Source: an uncultured Planctomycetaceae bacterium (GTDB lineage Bacteria; Planctomycetota; Planctomycetia; Isosphaerales; Isosphaeraceae). Taken from it: DNA of 64,000 nucleotides. The DNA lies in the NCBI GenBank assembly GCA_963833985.1, contig CAWIAD010000001.1, positions 1,408,001 to 1,472,000 of the forward strand, written 5' to 3'. Position 1 is the first letter of the stretch. Each line of letters starts with the position of its first letter. This document shows, in pieces, positions 9,450-17,994 of this stretch. Below the pieces are notes generated by a model. It was not told the DNA's origin and searched no databases. It saw only the letters and a list, made by a program, of their open reading frames with translations. The position numbers were made by a program, and so were the translations under genes.

Positions 9450-9794
9450 GTGAGTGGCGTCTTTTCCCGTGCTCATCGCGCATGGTACTTTCGAGAAGGT
9501 GGTCTTGCCGTCCCGTGCAAGATGCCGTTCATCGCAAGCCAGTTCTTGCGGCGCGAGCTCGGCGATCGATCGAAGCTCGTGCCGGACGGCTTGATCAATC
9601 TCGCCTTCGTCCGCCAGCTCTGCGAAGTTTACATCGACCCTGTTTTTTACCGTCGAGTACTGGGTGCGCTGCGCCAGATGGCGGTCCCCTCACTCCTCGG
9701 GCTGAAACGCAAGCTGCCGCCCGTCTCCATGGATCAGTGCAACCCGCCCGTGCTGTACCGTGCGTTCAAGACCTTGCACGAGATCGGTAAATGA
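9450..9794 (+). CDS. Hypothetical protein
   Basis: Abuts the GT4 stop codon; globular-looking sequence; start uncertain. Confidence 0.45.
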   Translation: MSGVFSRAHRAWYFREGGLAVPCKMPFIASQFLRRELGDRSKLVPDGLINLAFVRQLCEVYIDPVFYRRVLGALRQMAVPSLLGLKRKLPPVSMDQCNPPVLYRAFKTLHEIGK

Positions 9795-9996
9795 CCGGCA
9801 GCGACCGCGGATGACCAGCCTCGCCTCGGAACGCCGTTGCTGCCGGGTTAGCATGCGCTGGACGCGGCGGTCAATAACTGGGCCATCAATCACATCTTGT
9901 ATTCGAGAATTCTATATGTGGGCACAAAACTTGCAGATTCTTATTTCTCACAGGAGACCATCCTTGTTCGCGTAGAGTCCGTCACCGGGAGCCTTC

Positions 9997-10221
9997 ATGT
10001 CCAGCTTCACCTACTGCCAGGAATGCGGGCGCAGGCTCACGGATGTTGTCTTCTGTCCCAGGTGCGGGGAATGGTTTTGCTGCACCGCCTGCCTGACCGC
10101 GGGCTTGGACCGGCACCTTGGCTCGTGCTCGACTTCTGAAATGACGTTGCCACCAGCCGATGCAACGACCTGGCATCTCTCGCCATGGATACTCTGGCCG
10201 GGTTCCCATTCAAGGGGCTAG
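9997..10221 (+). CDS. Small Cys-rich protein, possible Zn-binding
   Basis: CxxC-x9-CxxC-x4-CCxxC pattern; RBS GGGAG. Confidence 0.5.
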   Translation: MSSFTYCQECGRRLTDVVFCPRCGEWFCCTACLTAGLDRHLGSCSTSEMTLPPADATTWHLSPWILWPGSHSRG

Positions 10222-12051
10222 TCTCGGAGTCGGACCCACCCCGTGGGAGCTGGCAGCAAGGAAATTCGGGCCTGCCAGAAGTGCCTTCAAGAGGTCCAGG
10301 TGCACCGGCTTGGCGAGGAAGGCGTTGAAGCCGGCTTCCTGGGACCGGTGGCAATCCGCTTCCTGACCAAGGCCTGACAACGCCACCAGAAGAGTGTCTC
10401 GAAGGCCGAGCTCCTGCCGCAGGTGGCGGGCCAGATCAAGGCCGTCCATTCCCGGCATACTGATGTCGCAGATCACAACGTCGGGGGGGTGCAGGCGGGC
10501 CAGGGCCAGCGCTGTCCAGCCGTCGTACGCGGTTCTCACTTCATAGCCGGCCAGTCTGAGGAGCAGTGACATGCTGTCGATCGCGTCCCTGTTGTCGTCG
10601 ACGAGGAGGATTCGTCGCCCTGGTGCAATCCTGGCTGGCCTCTGCTTGGCCTGCGCGGCGGGATATTCTGCGGGCAGCCGGCTCAGTAGAGGCAGACGAA
10701 CGACGAACTCGGCTCCGTGGCCCAGCCCCGCGCTCGCGGCTTGAACAGAGCCATCGTGCAATTCGATCAGGTTGCGCACCAGAGCCAGTCCAATCCCCAA
10801 TCCCTCCCCGGAGCGGCTCGTCGAACCGTTCGCCTGGGTAAACAGATCGAAGATCGTCGGCAGCATGGCCGGATCGATACCGATGCCCGTGTCCCGCACG
10901 CGGAGAATTGCCTGGTCGCCGTCCGCCTCCACGGTCAGTTCAATGCGGCTTCCATCCTCCGAATATTTGGCGCTGTTGTTCAGGAGGTTCGAGACGACCT
11001 GGGCTAATCGGCCTGCGTCTCCTGCTACCTTGACCGCCCGTCGGGGAAGGGAAATCTCCAGGACGTGTTTTCGCTTGTCGATCAGAGGGCGGCTCATTTC
11101 GACGGCGAGCGCCACCACGACTTTGAGATCAACCGGTTTCATCTGCAGGTTGATCTTGCCATGGCCCACGCGCGACACATCGATCAAATCATCGACCAGC
11201 CGGTTCAGTTGATGGATCTGACGCTCGATCATCTCGGCGAGCTCCTGATACTCAGGACTTTTCAGGCGGATGATCTGCACAGCGTTGCGAATCGGGACGA
11301 GCGGGTTCCTCAGCTCGTGTCCCAGCATCGCCAGGAACTCATCCTTGCGGCGGGAGGCGGCCAGGAGCTCGTGGTAAAGCCGGGCATTCTCCACGACCAA
11401 GGCAGCGCGGTGGGCGAGGTCCTCGGCCACCCATAGGTCTTCCCGGCAGTAACGGCGTCCCGAACGCTCGGAGTAGCAGAAAGTGAGCACCCCCAGTGTC
11501 CCGCCAGGAACCTGAAGCGGCACGGCGATCATCGAGCGGAGCTGCAACTCACGCATGATCTCGAAGTGCCGTTGACTCGTGGCGACTCCCCACATCCAGG
11601 CATCGTTGACTTCCGGGACGAATTCGGGTTGGCCAGTGCGCAATACCTTGCTGACCGGGTCATCGATAGAGCTTCGTACTGGGACAAACTCGAGGAATCG
11701 CTCGAAGAGTTCGTGCTTGATCGTGCTGGCGTGTGCCCAGCTCACCCGCTTTATCGTTCCATCCGTCTCAACAACGTCAAAGAAGCAAAATTCGGCGAGG
11801 AAGGGAACGGCCTGAAGGGCCAGACGTTTCAATGTGGTATCAGAGTCGCGGGAAATGAACTCCCCGCTGCTTTGTAGCAGAAAGCGTTGCGCGTCTTCGG
11901 ATTGTTGGTGCGGGCCTGACGTCGCGGTTGCGGGCATCTCTGCCACTGCAGTCGGGCCAGGGCCGGAGCTCTGCGAGTGCGGCCTACTCGGTAACACCAA
12001 GCCCGGTTTCTTTTCGAAGGGGACAAGTGATTCGAGTGAGGTTGCTTTCAT
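10210..12051 (-). CDS. Hybrid sensor histidine kinase (GAF-HisKA-HATPase-REC)
   Basis: EFLAMLGHELRNPL, NLLNNSAKY, DTGIGI, GLGIGL, ILLVDDN and CDISMPGMDG; RBS GGAG before ATG 12051. Confidence 0.95.
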   Translation of the reverse strand: MKATSLESLVPFEKKPGLVLPSRPHSQSSGPGPTAVAEMPATATSGPHQQSEDAQRFLLQSSGEFISRDSDTTLKRLALQAVPFLAEFCFFDVVETDGTIKRVSWAHASTIKHELFERFLEFVPVRSSIDDPVSKVLRTGQPEFVPEVNDAWMWGVATSQRHFEIMRELQLRSMIAVPLQVPGGTLGVLTFCYSERSGRRYCREDLWVAEDLAHRAALVVENARLYHELLAASRRKDEFLAMLGHELRNPLVPIRNAVQIIRLKSPEYQELAEMIERQIHQLNRLVDDLIDVSRVGHGKINLQMKPVDLKVVVALAVEMSRPLIDKRKHVLEISLPRRAVKVAGDAGRLAQVVSNLLNNSAKYSEDGSRIELTVEADGDQAILRVRDTGIGIDPAMLPTIFDLFTQANGSTSRSGEGLGIGLALVRNLIELHDGSVQAASAGLGHGAEFVVRLPLLSRLPAEYPAAQAKQRPARIAPGRRILLVDDNRDAIDSMSLLLRLAGYEVRTAYDGWTALALARLHPPDVVICDISMPGMDGLDLARHLRQELGLRDTLLVALSGLGQEADCHRSQEAGFNAFLAKPVHLDLLKALLAGPNFLAASSHGVGPTPRLAP

Positions 12052-12119
12052 CCGTTTCTCCGTGAGCCTTTTGGTCCTGAACAGCGAACTCAACCCTGCA
12101 CTTGTGAACCCCGCGCAAC

Positions 12120-12228
12120 AAACAAAAAAAACCGGCGCGGTGGAGCACCCTGAGGTATCCACCGCGCCGGCTTACTCACTAACGAGCCCCCCGCGAAAGG
12201 CGAGGTGCCCTTTATCCAGTCATCCGAC
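12120..12228 (-). ncRNA. Structured leader RNA with intrinsic terminator, copy 3
   Basis: Reverse strand: GUCGGAUGAC...GGGC-AC-CUCGC/GCGGG-GG-GCUC...GUAAGCCGGCGCGGUGGAUACC-UCAG-GGUGCUCCACCGCGCCGG, then U8. Confidence 0.75.
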
Positions 12229-12384
12229 GATCCCAACTCAAATTGCTATGGGATTTGCCCGCAAAAGTTGGACAGGCTCCCCAAAGTCAATTATTATGCC
12301 AGAATCAGCGTCCATTGCAAGGAAGTTGTTGTTTCTAGATAGGGTGATATCCAAATGACCGGCGATGGAACGGTCCAGGTCACC

Positions 12385-12892
12385 ATGAAAAGAGGGGGAA
12401 ATCGAAGCCGCCATCTGCGCGGGGATGGGTCGCTTCGAGCAGGAATACATGGGCCGTGGGCCCACGGACATCCGCACTCACCTGATCGGCGACTTGCTCC
12501 TCGTCCGCCTCCAGGGCGTCTTGACCGCGGCGGTACGGCACCTGGCCAAGTTGCGGCCGAGAGAAAAGGGGAAGGACCTGCTCAAACAGGTGCGCACGCA
12601 TCTACTCGAAACCGCGCGACCCCTCATGGAAGCCTTGTTCGAAGAAGTCACCGGCATCAAGGTTGCGAGCATGCACCACGATATCAGCACCTTCACCGGG
12701 CAGGAGGTCGTGCTCTTCAGGCTGGCCGAAACTCCGCAGGTCCGCGAGGCGACGAGGAGCTCAAGCCTTCGAACGGTGGCCGCCCAGGTCAAGGTGGTCC
12801 GTTGCAAAAAGCTGCTACCCGGACATAATTTCAACTGCTCTTTCCATGTGACCGTGGCTGCAACGACAAGCGTTCTCCAGGATTTGAATTGA
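12385..12892 (+). CDS. DUF2294 / MpsC-like protein, frameshift in the first codons (~12392)
   Basis: ATGAAA then GEIEAAICAGMGRFEQEYMGRGPTDIRTHL...; ATG 12385 is out of frame with the body of the gene. Confidence 0.85.
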
Positions 12893-12930
12893 GGCAAGCG
12901 AACGTCGGCTCCCGGAATCAAAGAGAAGAT

Positions 12931-13035
12931 GTCGGATGACCAGGCAGAGGGCGGCCCGGGTATTCCGGTCAATTCGTCGAAGCGTAAGCCGGCCTGGTCC
13001 AGGACCTGAGGGTCCTCGACCGCGCCGGTTCTTTT
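12931..13035 (+). ncRNA. Structured leader RNA, copy 4 (diverged, no downstream gene)
   Basis: GUCGGAUGAC...GUAAGCCGGC...GGUC-AGGACC-UGAG-GGUCCU-GACC...GCCGGUUCUUUU. Confidence 0.65.
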
Positions 13036-13074
13036 GCTCGCGCTCCGGTCGCTGGGCCGCAAGGACTTCACGAG

Positions 13075-13350
13075 CGATCCGAAAATGAAGAACGCCCAGT
13101 AGCCGGGCTCGTCCTTGAAGCGCTTCGAGTCCTGGATCGACACCGCCAGGCCGCGGAAGTCACCCATGAAATACCCCTTGCCGCTGGTCGCCTCCCGGGT
13201 GCCGGCGCCGATGAGTTCCTTGATCATCACGGTGCCGTCTCGGAATTCGCCGGTCTTCTCATAGTGAAAGAAGCTCTCCCGGTCCATGTCGACGGCATGG
13301 AACTCGGGGAAAGAGCCCTCGCCACCGTTCATCAGGTCATTGGGTGTACG
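13075..13350 (-). pseudogene. Internal fragment of a cytochrome P460-family gene
   Basis: TPNDLMNGGEGSFPEFHAV...YEKTGEFRDGTVMIKEL...KGYFMGDF...DSKRFKDEPGYWAFFIFG; no signal peptide and no CxxCH. Confidence 0.7.
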
Positions 13351-13731
13351 ACGCTCTCCACGGGTGCCCTCGACAGGATACCAGTTCGGGTTCCACCGCG
13401 GCTCGATCCCCCCGGTCGTTGCACCAGCTAATCAATCCGATGCACCAGGGCATCCTCGAACCCTGCTGGACCGGTTTCGCATCGTATCTGGAGCGGGCAT
13501 TCCCCGTGGAATCGCGCATCCGCAAAAGTTTGGCCTCGATGGGAGACGATCGCACGGGCGGAGGCTGTCAACTTGTGGGGCTTGCGCGAAATGTTATAGA
13601 CGGAAAATGCTGCGCGTTGGCGCCGGCAACCATGCGGATTCTGATTTGCTTAGGCTTGCTTAGTGCCGTGGAGCGAGATAGCTTACGGAGACGATTATTC
13701 CCGTTTTACCCGTCATCTCAGGGACCGAATC

Positions 13732-14163
13732 GTGCGCAAGACTCAGATGGTGACCGATCGAGAGCTCGAGATCATGAAGATCTTGTGGGCTCGGGAGAAG
13801 GCCAGCGTCCGCGAGGTTCAGGACGACCTGAACCGCGACAGCGGACCCGTGGCCTACAGTACGGTGCAGACCTTACTCAATATCATGGAAGAGAAAAAAG
13901 GTCTCGTCCGTCATGTTGTCGAGGGAAGGACGTTCATCTACTTCCCGAAGAAGTCCTCGGAGCGGACCATTCGCGAGCTGACGAAGCGTTTCGTCGATCG
14001 CGTCTTTGACGGTGCGCTCGACCGGGTGATGGTGGCCTTGCTCGACTCGAAGCCGCCGACGCCCGAGGACCTGGAACGTCTTCGTGCCATGATTGACGAG
14101 GCCCAGCGCCAATCATCGCAGAACTTCAACGGACACGCGGAGCTTCATCTCCAGGAGGCTTGA
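13732..14163 (+). CDS. BlaI/MecI/CopY family transcriptional repressor
   Basis: TDRELEIMKILW...SVREV...AYSTVQTLLNIMEEKKGLV. Confidence 0.93.
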   Translation: MRKTQMVTDRELEIMKILWAREKASVREVQDDLNRDSGPVAYSTVQTLLNIMEEKKGLVRHVVEGRTFIYFPKKSSERTIRELTKRFVDRVFDGALDRVMVALLDSKPPTPEDLERLRAMIDEAQRQSSQNFNGHAELHLQEA

Positions 14164-14353
14164 CGGGAGTTGACCCTCACCGTCATGCTAATTGAAGTGT
14201 CCGGGGATCCCGGGCCAGGAAGGTGCCTCTCCAGCGCGGCACTGACCTGGCCCTTCGCTTTGACCGCTCTCTCGTCCAGGCGGTTTGAAGGGTCTGTCGG
14301 ACGTCCCTTGGCTCAATTTCACCCGATCATTTTCCCCAGGTAGGGCCACTCAG

Positions 14354-15904
14354 ATGTGGGCCGGCCTCGACCGGTTCGACCGGATTCTCCTGGATGCCAC
14401 GCTTGCAACGACGATCCTGCTCAGCTTTGTGATCCTGCTGGTCTTGCTCTGCCGTCAGCCCAGCCGGCGCCTGGTCGTCGTCCAGGCCGCCACCGTCCTG
14501 ACCATCTTCATCCTTCCTCTGGTGGCCACCAACCCGTTCTCGCCGTCGCGCGTCGGGCTGCGGCTACTTGTTCCGGGGCGGCGCTCCCAACCGATCCGGC
14601 CGTCGCTGCGCCCCTCCGAAGCCGTCCATGCCAGCGCGGGGGACGGTGAGGGAAGCGGTAGAGTTCTTCGGGCCGTGCTGCCAGGCCGGGCCGGAAACGC
14701 GCCGTCCTGGAGCCTCTGGATGGCGCGAGCCTGCGGGCTGGCTTACCTGGCGGGTGTTGCGGCCGGAATGGGCTGGACGGCCCTGGGGTTCTGGGGAATC
14801 CGCCGGCTGATTCACGACTCCAGCGCGCCGCGACCGGAGACCAGCGCCTTCTTTCATTCGCTGATTCCCTTGCAGGGCGAGAACTTGCCGGCTCCCGAAC
14901 TGCGGGTCGCGACCAGGCTGCGACGACCGATCCTGGCTGGGCTCTTCCGCCCCTGTATCTTGATACCCGCGGATTATGACCAGGCGGGATTCGACCGCGA
15001 ATCTCTCAGGCTGATTTTCTTGCATGAGCTGGCCCATGCCGGCCAGTCCGATACGTACTCCAGCGCCGCGGCGAGCCTGGCACAGTGTCTCTGGTTCTTC
15101 CATCCCTTTGTGTGGTGGCTGCGCGCTCAGTTGCGGGTGGACCAGGAATTCCTGGCGGACGAGCGAGTCGTCCATCACACAGGTTCGCCGTCGGGATATG
15201 CAACCCGGCTGGTTTCCCTGGCAGCCGGCTCGGAAGCGGGTGCTCCCTCGGCGCCGAGCGGCAATCAGGCCGGGTCCCGCGCCATGTCTCCGCTCCGTGA
15301 CGCCTCCCCCAGCCCGCTCATGCAGCGGGTTGTGATGCTGCTCCACTGTCCGTTTCCGGTTGAATCAAAGGCTCCGAGGTGGTGGACCTTGTCCGCTCCC
15401 TTTGGTGTTGTGGGGCTAGCAATACTGAGCATCGGCACCAGCACGGCACTGCTGAAGACCTCGTCCCTCGCATCGCGGCCGTCCCGGTCTGAACTCGAAT
15501 CGGGCGTTTTCCAGGTGGGTCAATTCATTGCGCCGCCTTGGAAGCGAAAGTCCACAGGGCGAAGCGTGCCCTACGTCTTACCCCTTGCCCTGCCACCGCG
15601 ATTCGAGCTGACAGTCAAGATCGAGGGATCGCCCTCCGCCCTGTCGCGGATGTACCTGGCAGGGCTGTCACTGGAACCCCCCCTCTCACTCTCTCTCGAA
15701 TCCGGGCCGCCGCCAACGCCCGAGGATGCCGCCGCCGGCTGGCACCTGGTCAAAGTTGCCCGCCAGTCCGATCAGATCGCCATCACCGTCGATACGCGCA
15801 CCTGGCACATGGAAGCCACCAGGGAACGACTCTCGGAATGGCTGTCGATCGAGCCGCCACCCGCCGAGACTGTTGTGCTACGCGACTTACAGGTCATCTG
15901 GTGA
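14354..15904 (+). CDS. M56 (BlaR1-like) membrane metallopeptidase
   Basis: HELAH, WFFHPFVWW, EFLADE; adjacent to BlaI; start uncertain. Confidence 0.9.
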   Translation: MWAGLDRFDRILLDATLATTILLSFVILLVLLCRQPSRRLVVVQAATVLTIFILPLVATNPFSPSRVGLRLLVPGRRSQPIRPSLRPSEAVHASAGDGEGSGRVLRAVLPGRAGNAPSWSLWMARACGLAYLAGVAAGMGWTALGFWGIRRLIHDSSAPRPETSAFFHSLIPLQGENLPAPELRVATRLRRPILAGLFRPCILIPADYDQAGFDRESLRLIFLHELAHAGQSDTYSSAAASLAQCLWFFHPFVWWLRAQLRVDQEFLADERVVHHTGSPSGYATRLVSLAAGSEAGAPSAPSGNQAGSRAMSPLRDASPSPLMQRVVMLLHCPFPVESKAPRWWTLSAPFGVVGLAILSIGTSTALLKTSSLASRPSRSELESGVFQVGQFIAPPWKRKSTGRSVPYVLPLALPPRFELTVKIEGSPSALSRMYLAGLSLEPPLSLSLESGPPPTPEDAAAGWHLVKVARQSDQIAITVDTRTWHMEATRERLSEWLSIEPPPAETVVLRDLQVIW

Positions 15905-15922
15905 GACGATCACGCCCTTTCC

Positions 15923-16114
15923 TGCCATTCTGGCAAGACAACCTGACAAGACAGCATCTCCTGTCAAAATGACATCAAGCCGACGAATCATGCGCATTCC
16001 CGCGGGGGCGGCTCGGATCTGTGACTTCGGGCTTAAACTCAAAGGCTGCTTGAAATTAAGTCTGGAATGCGGACGCTCGGCCGAAACGCCGGCCAAATTG
16101 GCACGCGCCCTGCT
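15923..16114 (+). promoter_or_regulatory. Putative sigma54 promoter with upstream TGYCA-N3-TGRCA palindromes, for the hsp20 cluster
   Basis: TGGCACG-CGCC-CTGCT at 16099-16114; palindromes at 15923-15935 and 15962-15974. Confidence 0.55.
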
Positions 16115-16159
16115 CATGGGTGGAGACAGCGAAACGGTGAGGTAAAGGAGACCGATGGT

Positions 16160-16603
16160 ATGAACGGTTCGGAATGGCAAGGGCGGTGGGATCCACTGCG
16201 GGAACTCCAGCGCGAGATGGGGCGGCTGTTCGATCGCATTGACCCGTTCCAGCCACTTCGGAGTATCCGTCAGTATCCGCCGGTGAATGTGTACGACGGC
16301 GGGGAAAGCTACCTGCTTTCCGCGCAGCTCCCCGGGCTGACCGCCGAGGAGGTCGAGTTGACCATCACCGGTGAGAGCCTCACGATGCGCGGCGAGCGGA
16401 AGCGAGCGGACAATGTGAAGGACGATAGTTATCGCCGGCAGGAACGGCCGATGGGCCGGTGGTCGCGCACGATCACGCTTCCCGATCGCGTCGACAGCTC
16501 GAAAGTCTCCGCTTCGTTCTCCAACGGAATCCTCACCGTTCAGCTCCCCAAGGCCGAGGACGCGAGGCCGCGGCACATCGCGGTCAATGCCGGCAACTCA
16601 TGA
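16160..16603 (+). CDS. Hsp20/alpha-crystallin small heat shock protein
   Basis: YPPVNVY...AQLPG...RQERPMGRWSRTITLP...FSNGILTVQLPK. Confidence 0.95.
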   Translation: MNGSEWQGRWDPLRELQREMGRLFDRIDPFQPLRSIRQYPPVNVYDGGESYLLSAQLPGLTAEEVELTITGESLTMRGERKRADNVKDDSYRRQERPMGRWSRTITLPDRVDSSKVSASFSNGILTVQLPKAEDARPRHIAVNAGNS

Positions 16604-16658
16604 GCCAGCGCGGGGCAGGACGCAACACTCCTCCAGTCGAGGTTACGGGACGTCGCCA

Positions 16659-17084
16659 ATGAAAGCCGCACATCCATCAATCCGCGTCACCGTCAGCCGC
16701 CAGCGCACACAGGCACCCGGTCAAGGCGAGTTTTCGGATTCCCCGGCCGATGTCCAGCGGGCCTTCACGCCCCCGATCGACATTCACGACGGGCCCGATG
16801 GGCTGACCCTCGAGGCAGACTTACCCGGGGCCACCGAATCGAACCTGGTGATCCAGCTCGAGGACAATGTCTTGACCCTTCATGCGCGCATCGATCCGCC
16901 CGCCCCGGATGGAGCGCGGCCCATTTACCAGGAATACCACGTGGGCGACTATTACCGGTCGTTCATCCTCAGCGACGAGGTGGACCGCGATCGGATCACG
17001 GCCGAGCTGCGCCACGGGGTCCTGCGCGTGGTGCTGCCCAGGGCGGATCGGGCGCGGACCCGCCGCATCGAGATCCGCTCCTGA
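16659..17084 (+). CDS. Hsp20 small heat shock protein
   Basis: TPPIDI...EADLPG...YYRSFILSDEVDRDRITAELRHGVL. Confidence 0.93.
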   Translation: MKAAHPSIRVTVSRQRTQAPGQGEFSDSPADVQRAFTPPIDIHDGPDGLTLEADLPGATESNLVIQLEDNVLTLHARIDPPAPDGARPIYQEYHVGDYYRSFILSDEVDRDRITAELRHGVLRVVLPRADRARTRRIEIRS

Positions 17085-17134
17085 GCGGAGCTTGATCAAG
17101 GTCTTTTTTTACTCATCCCAGCTGGAGTCCCTCC

Positions 17135-17605
17135 ATGGCCCGTTCCAATCACTGGCGCCGCGAGCAGTTCATCCCGTTCAATTTCCTGCAAAACGAGCTG
17201 GCCCGCGTGCTCGAGGACTACTTTCAACCGGAAGGGCGAGGTCACGCCCAGAGCCCGCCGACCGACCTGGAGCCCACGGCGTGGAGCCCGCTCATCGACG
17301 TTTATGAGACTCCGGAAGAGACCATCGTCGTGGCCGAGATTCCCGGCGTGGATCCGACCCGCATCGAGCTCTCGATCAGCGGCAACCTCCTGGTCCTGCG
17401 CGGCGTGAAGGAGACCGGCGAGCTGCCCGAGGCGCAGCTTCAGGTGCGCGAGCGGCGGTTCGGCACGTTCGTGCGCCAGATCATGGTCCCCGCCGACGTC
17501 GATTTCGACGCCGCCCAGGCCGATGCCAGGAACGGCGTGTTGACCGTCCGCATGCCAAAGCGGCGGGCCGCGCAGCCCCGCACGATCCCGATCCGTCCCA
17601 GTTGA
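17135..17605 (+). CDS. Hsp20 small heat shock protein
   Basis: WSPLIDVYET...EIPGVD...ERRFGTFVRQI...NGVLTVRMPK. Confidence 0.95.
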   Translation: MARSNHWRREQFIPFNFLQNELARVLEDYFQPEGRGHAQSPPTDLEPTAWSPLIDVYETPEETIVVAEIPGVDPTRIELSISGNLLVLRGVKETGELPEAQLQVRERRFGTFVRQIMVPADVDFDAAQADARNGVLTVRMPKRRAAQPRTIPIRPS

Positions 17606-17709
17606 ACGGAATCGCCGCCCGGTTCGGTTCGGAACGCCCTCGTCCAGCGCCGGAAATATGGTAAATTGGTGAGGCTGTATTCGCTTCACACTCAGCGGAG
17701 AGTCTCTCC

Positions 17710-17892
17710 ATGCAGACCGAGAAGGTCATCACGTACACGGCGATGGGAATAGCCGGCCTGATCGTCTTGCTCTTCCTGCTGGACCTGGCGGCCGGGATCT
17801 TTGGCCGAAACACGGCGATGGACATCCTCTTCATCATCGGCGGCGCATTCCTGCTCTGGCAGGGCGTGGAGACGATTCTCGAGCTCCGCTAA
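17710..17892 (+). CDS. Small two-TM membrane protein
   Basis: RBS GGAG; two hydrophobic helices. Confidence 0.7.
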   Translation: MQTEKVITYTAMGIAGLIVLLFLLDLAAGIFGRNTAMDILFIIGGAFLLWQGVETILELR

Positions 17893-17994
17893 ATAGCTCC
17901 CCATAAGTGGGAAAGTGTGGGACAGCCGCGCTCGGCCGTCCTGAGCCAGCCGAGGGCGGCTGGCCCACATTACTGGAGGCGAGGCTCTATTTAG
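17889..17994. repeat. REP-like palindromic element
   Basis: Outer IR CTAAATAG/CTATTTAG; inner IR TGTGGGACAGCCGCGCTCGGC / GCCGAGGGCGGCTGGCCCACA. Confidence 0.65.
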
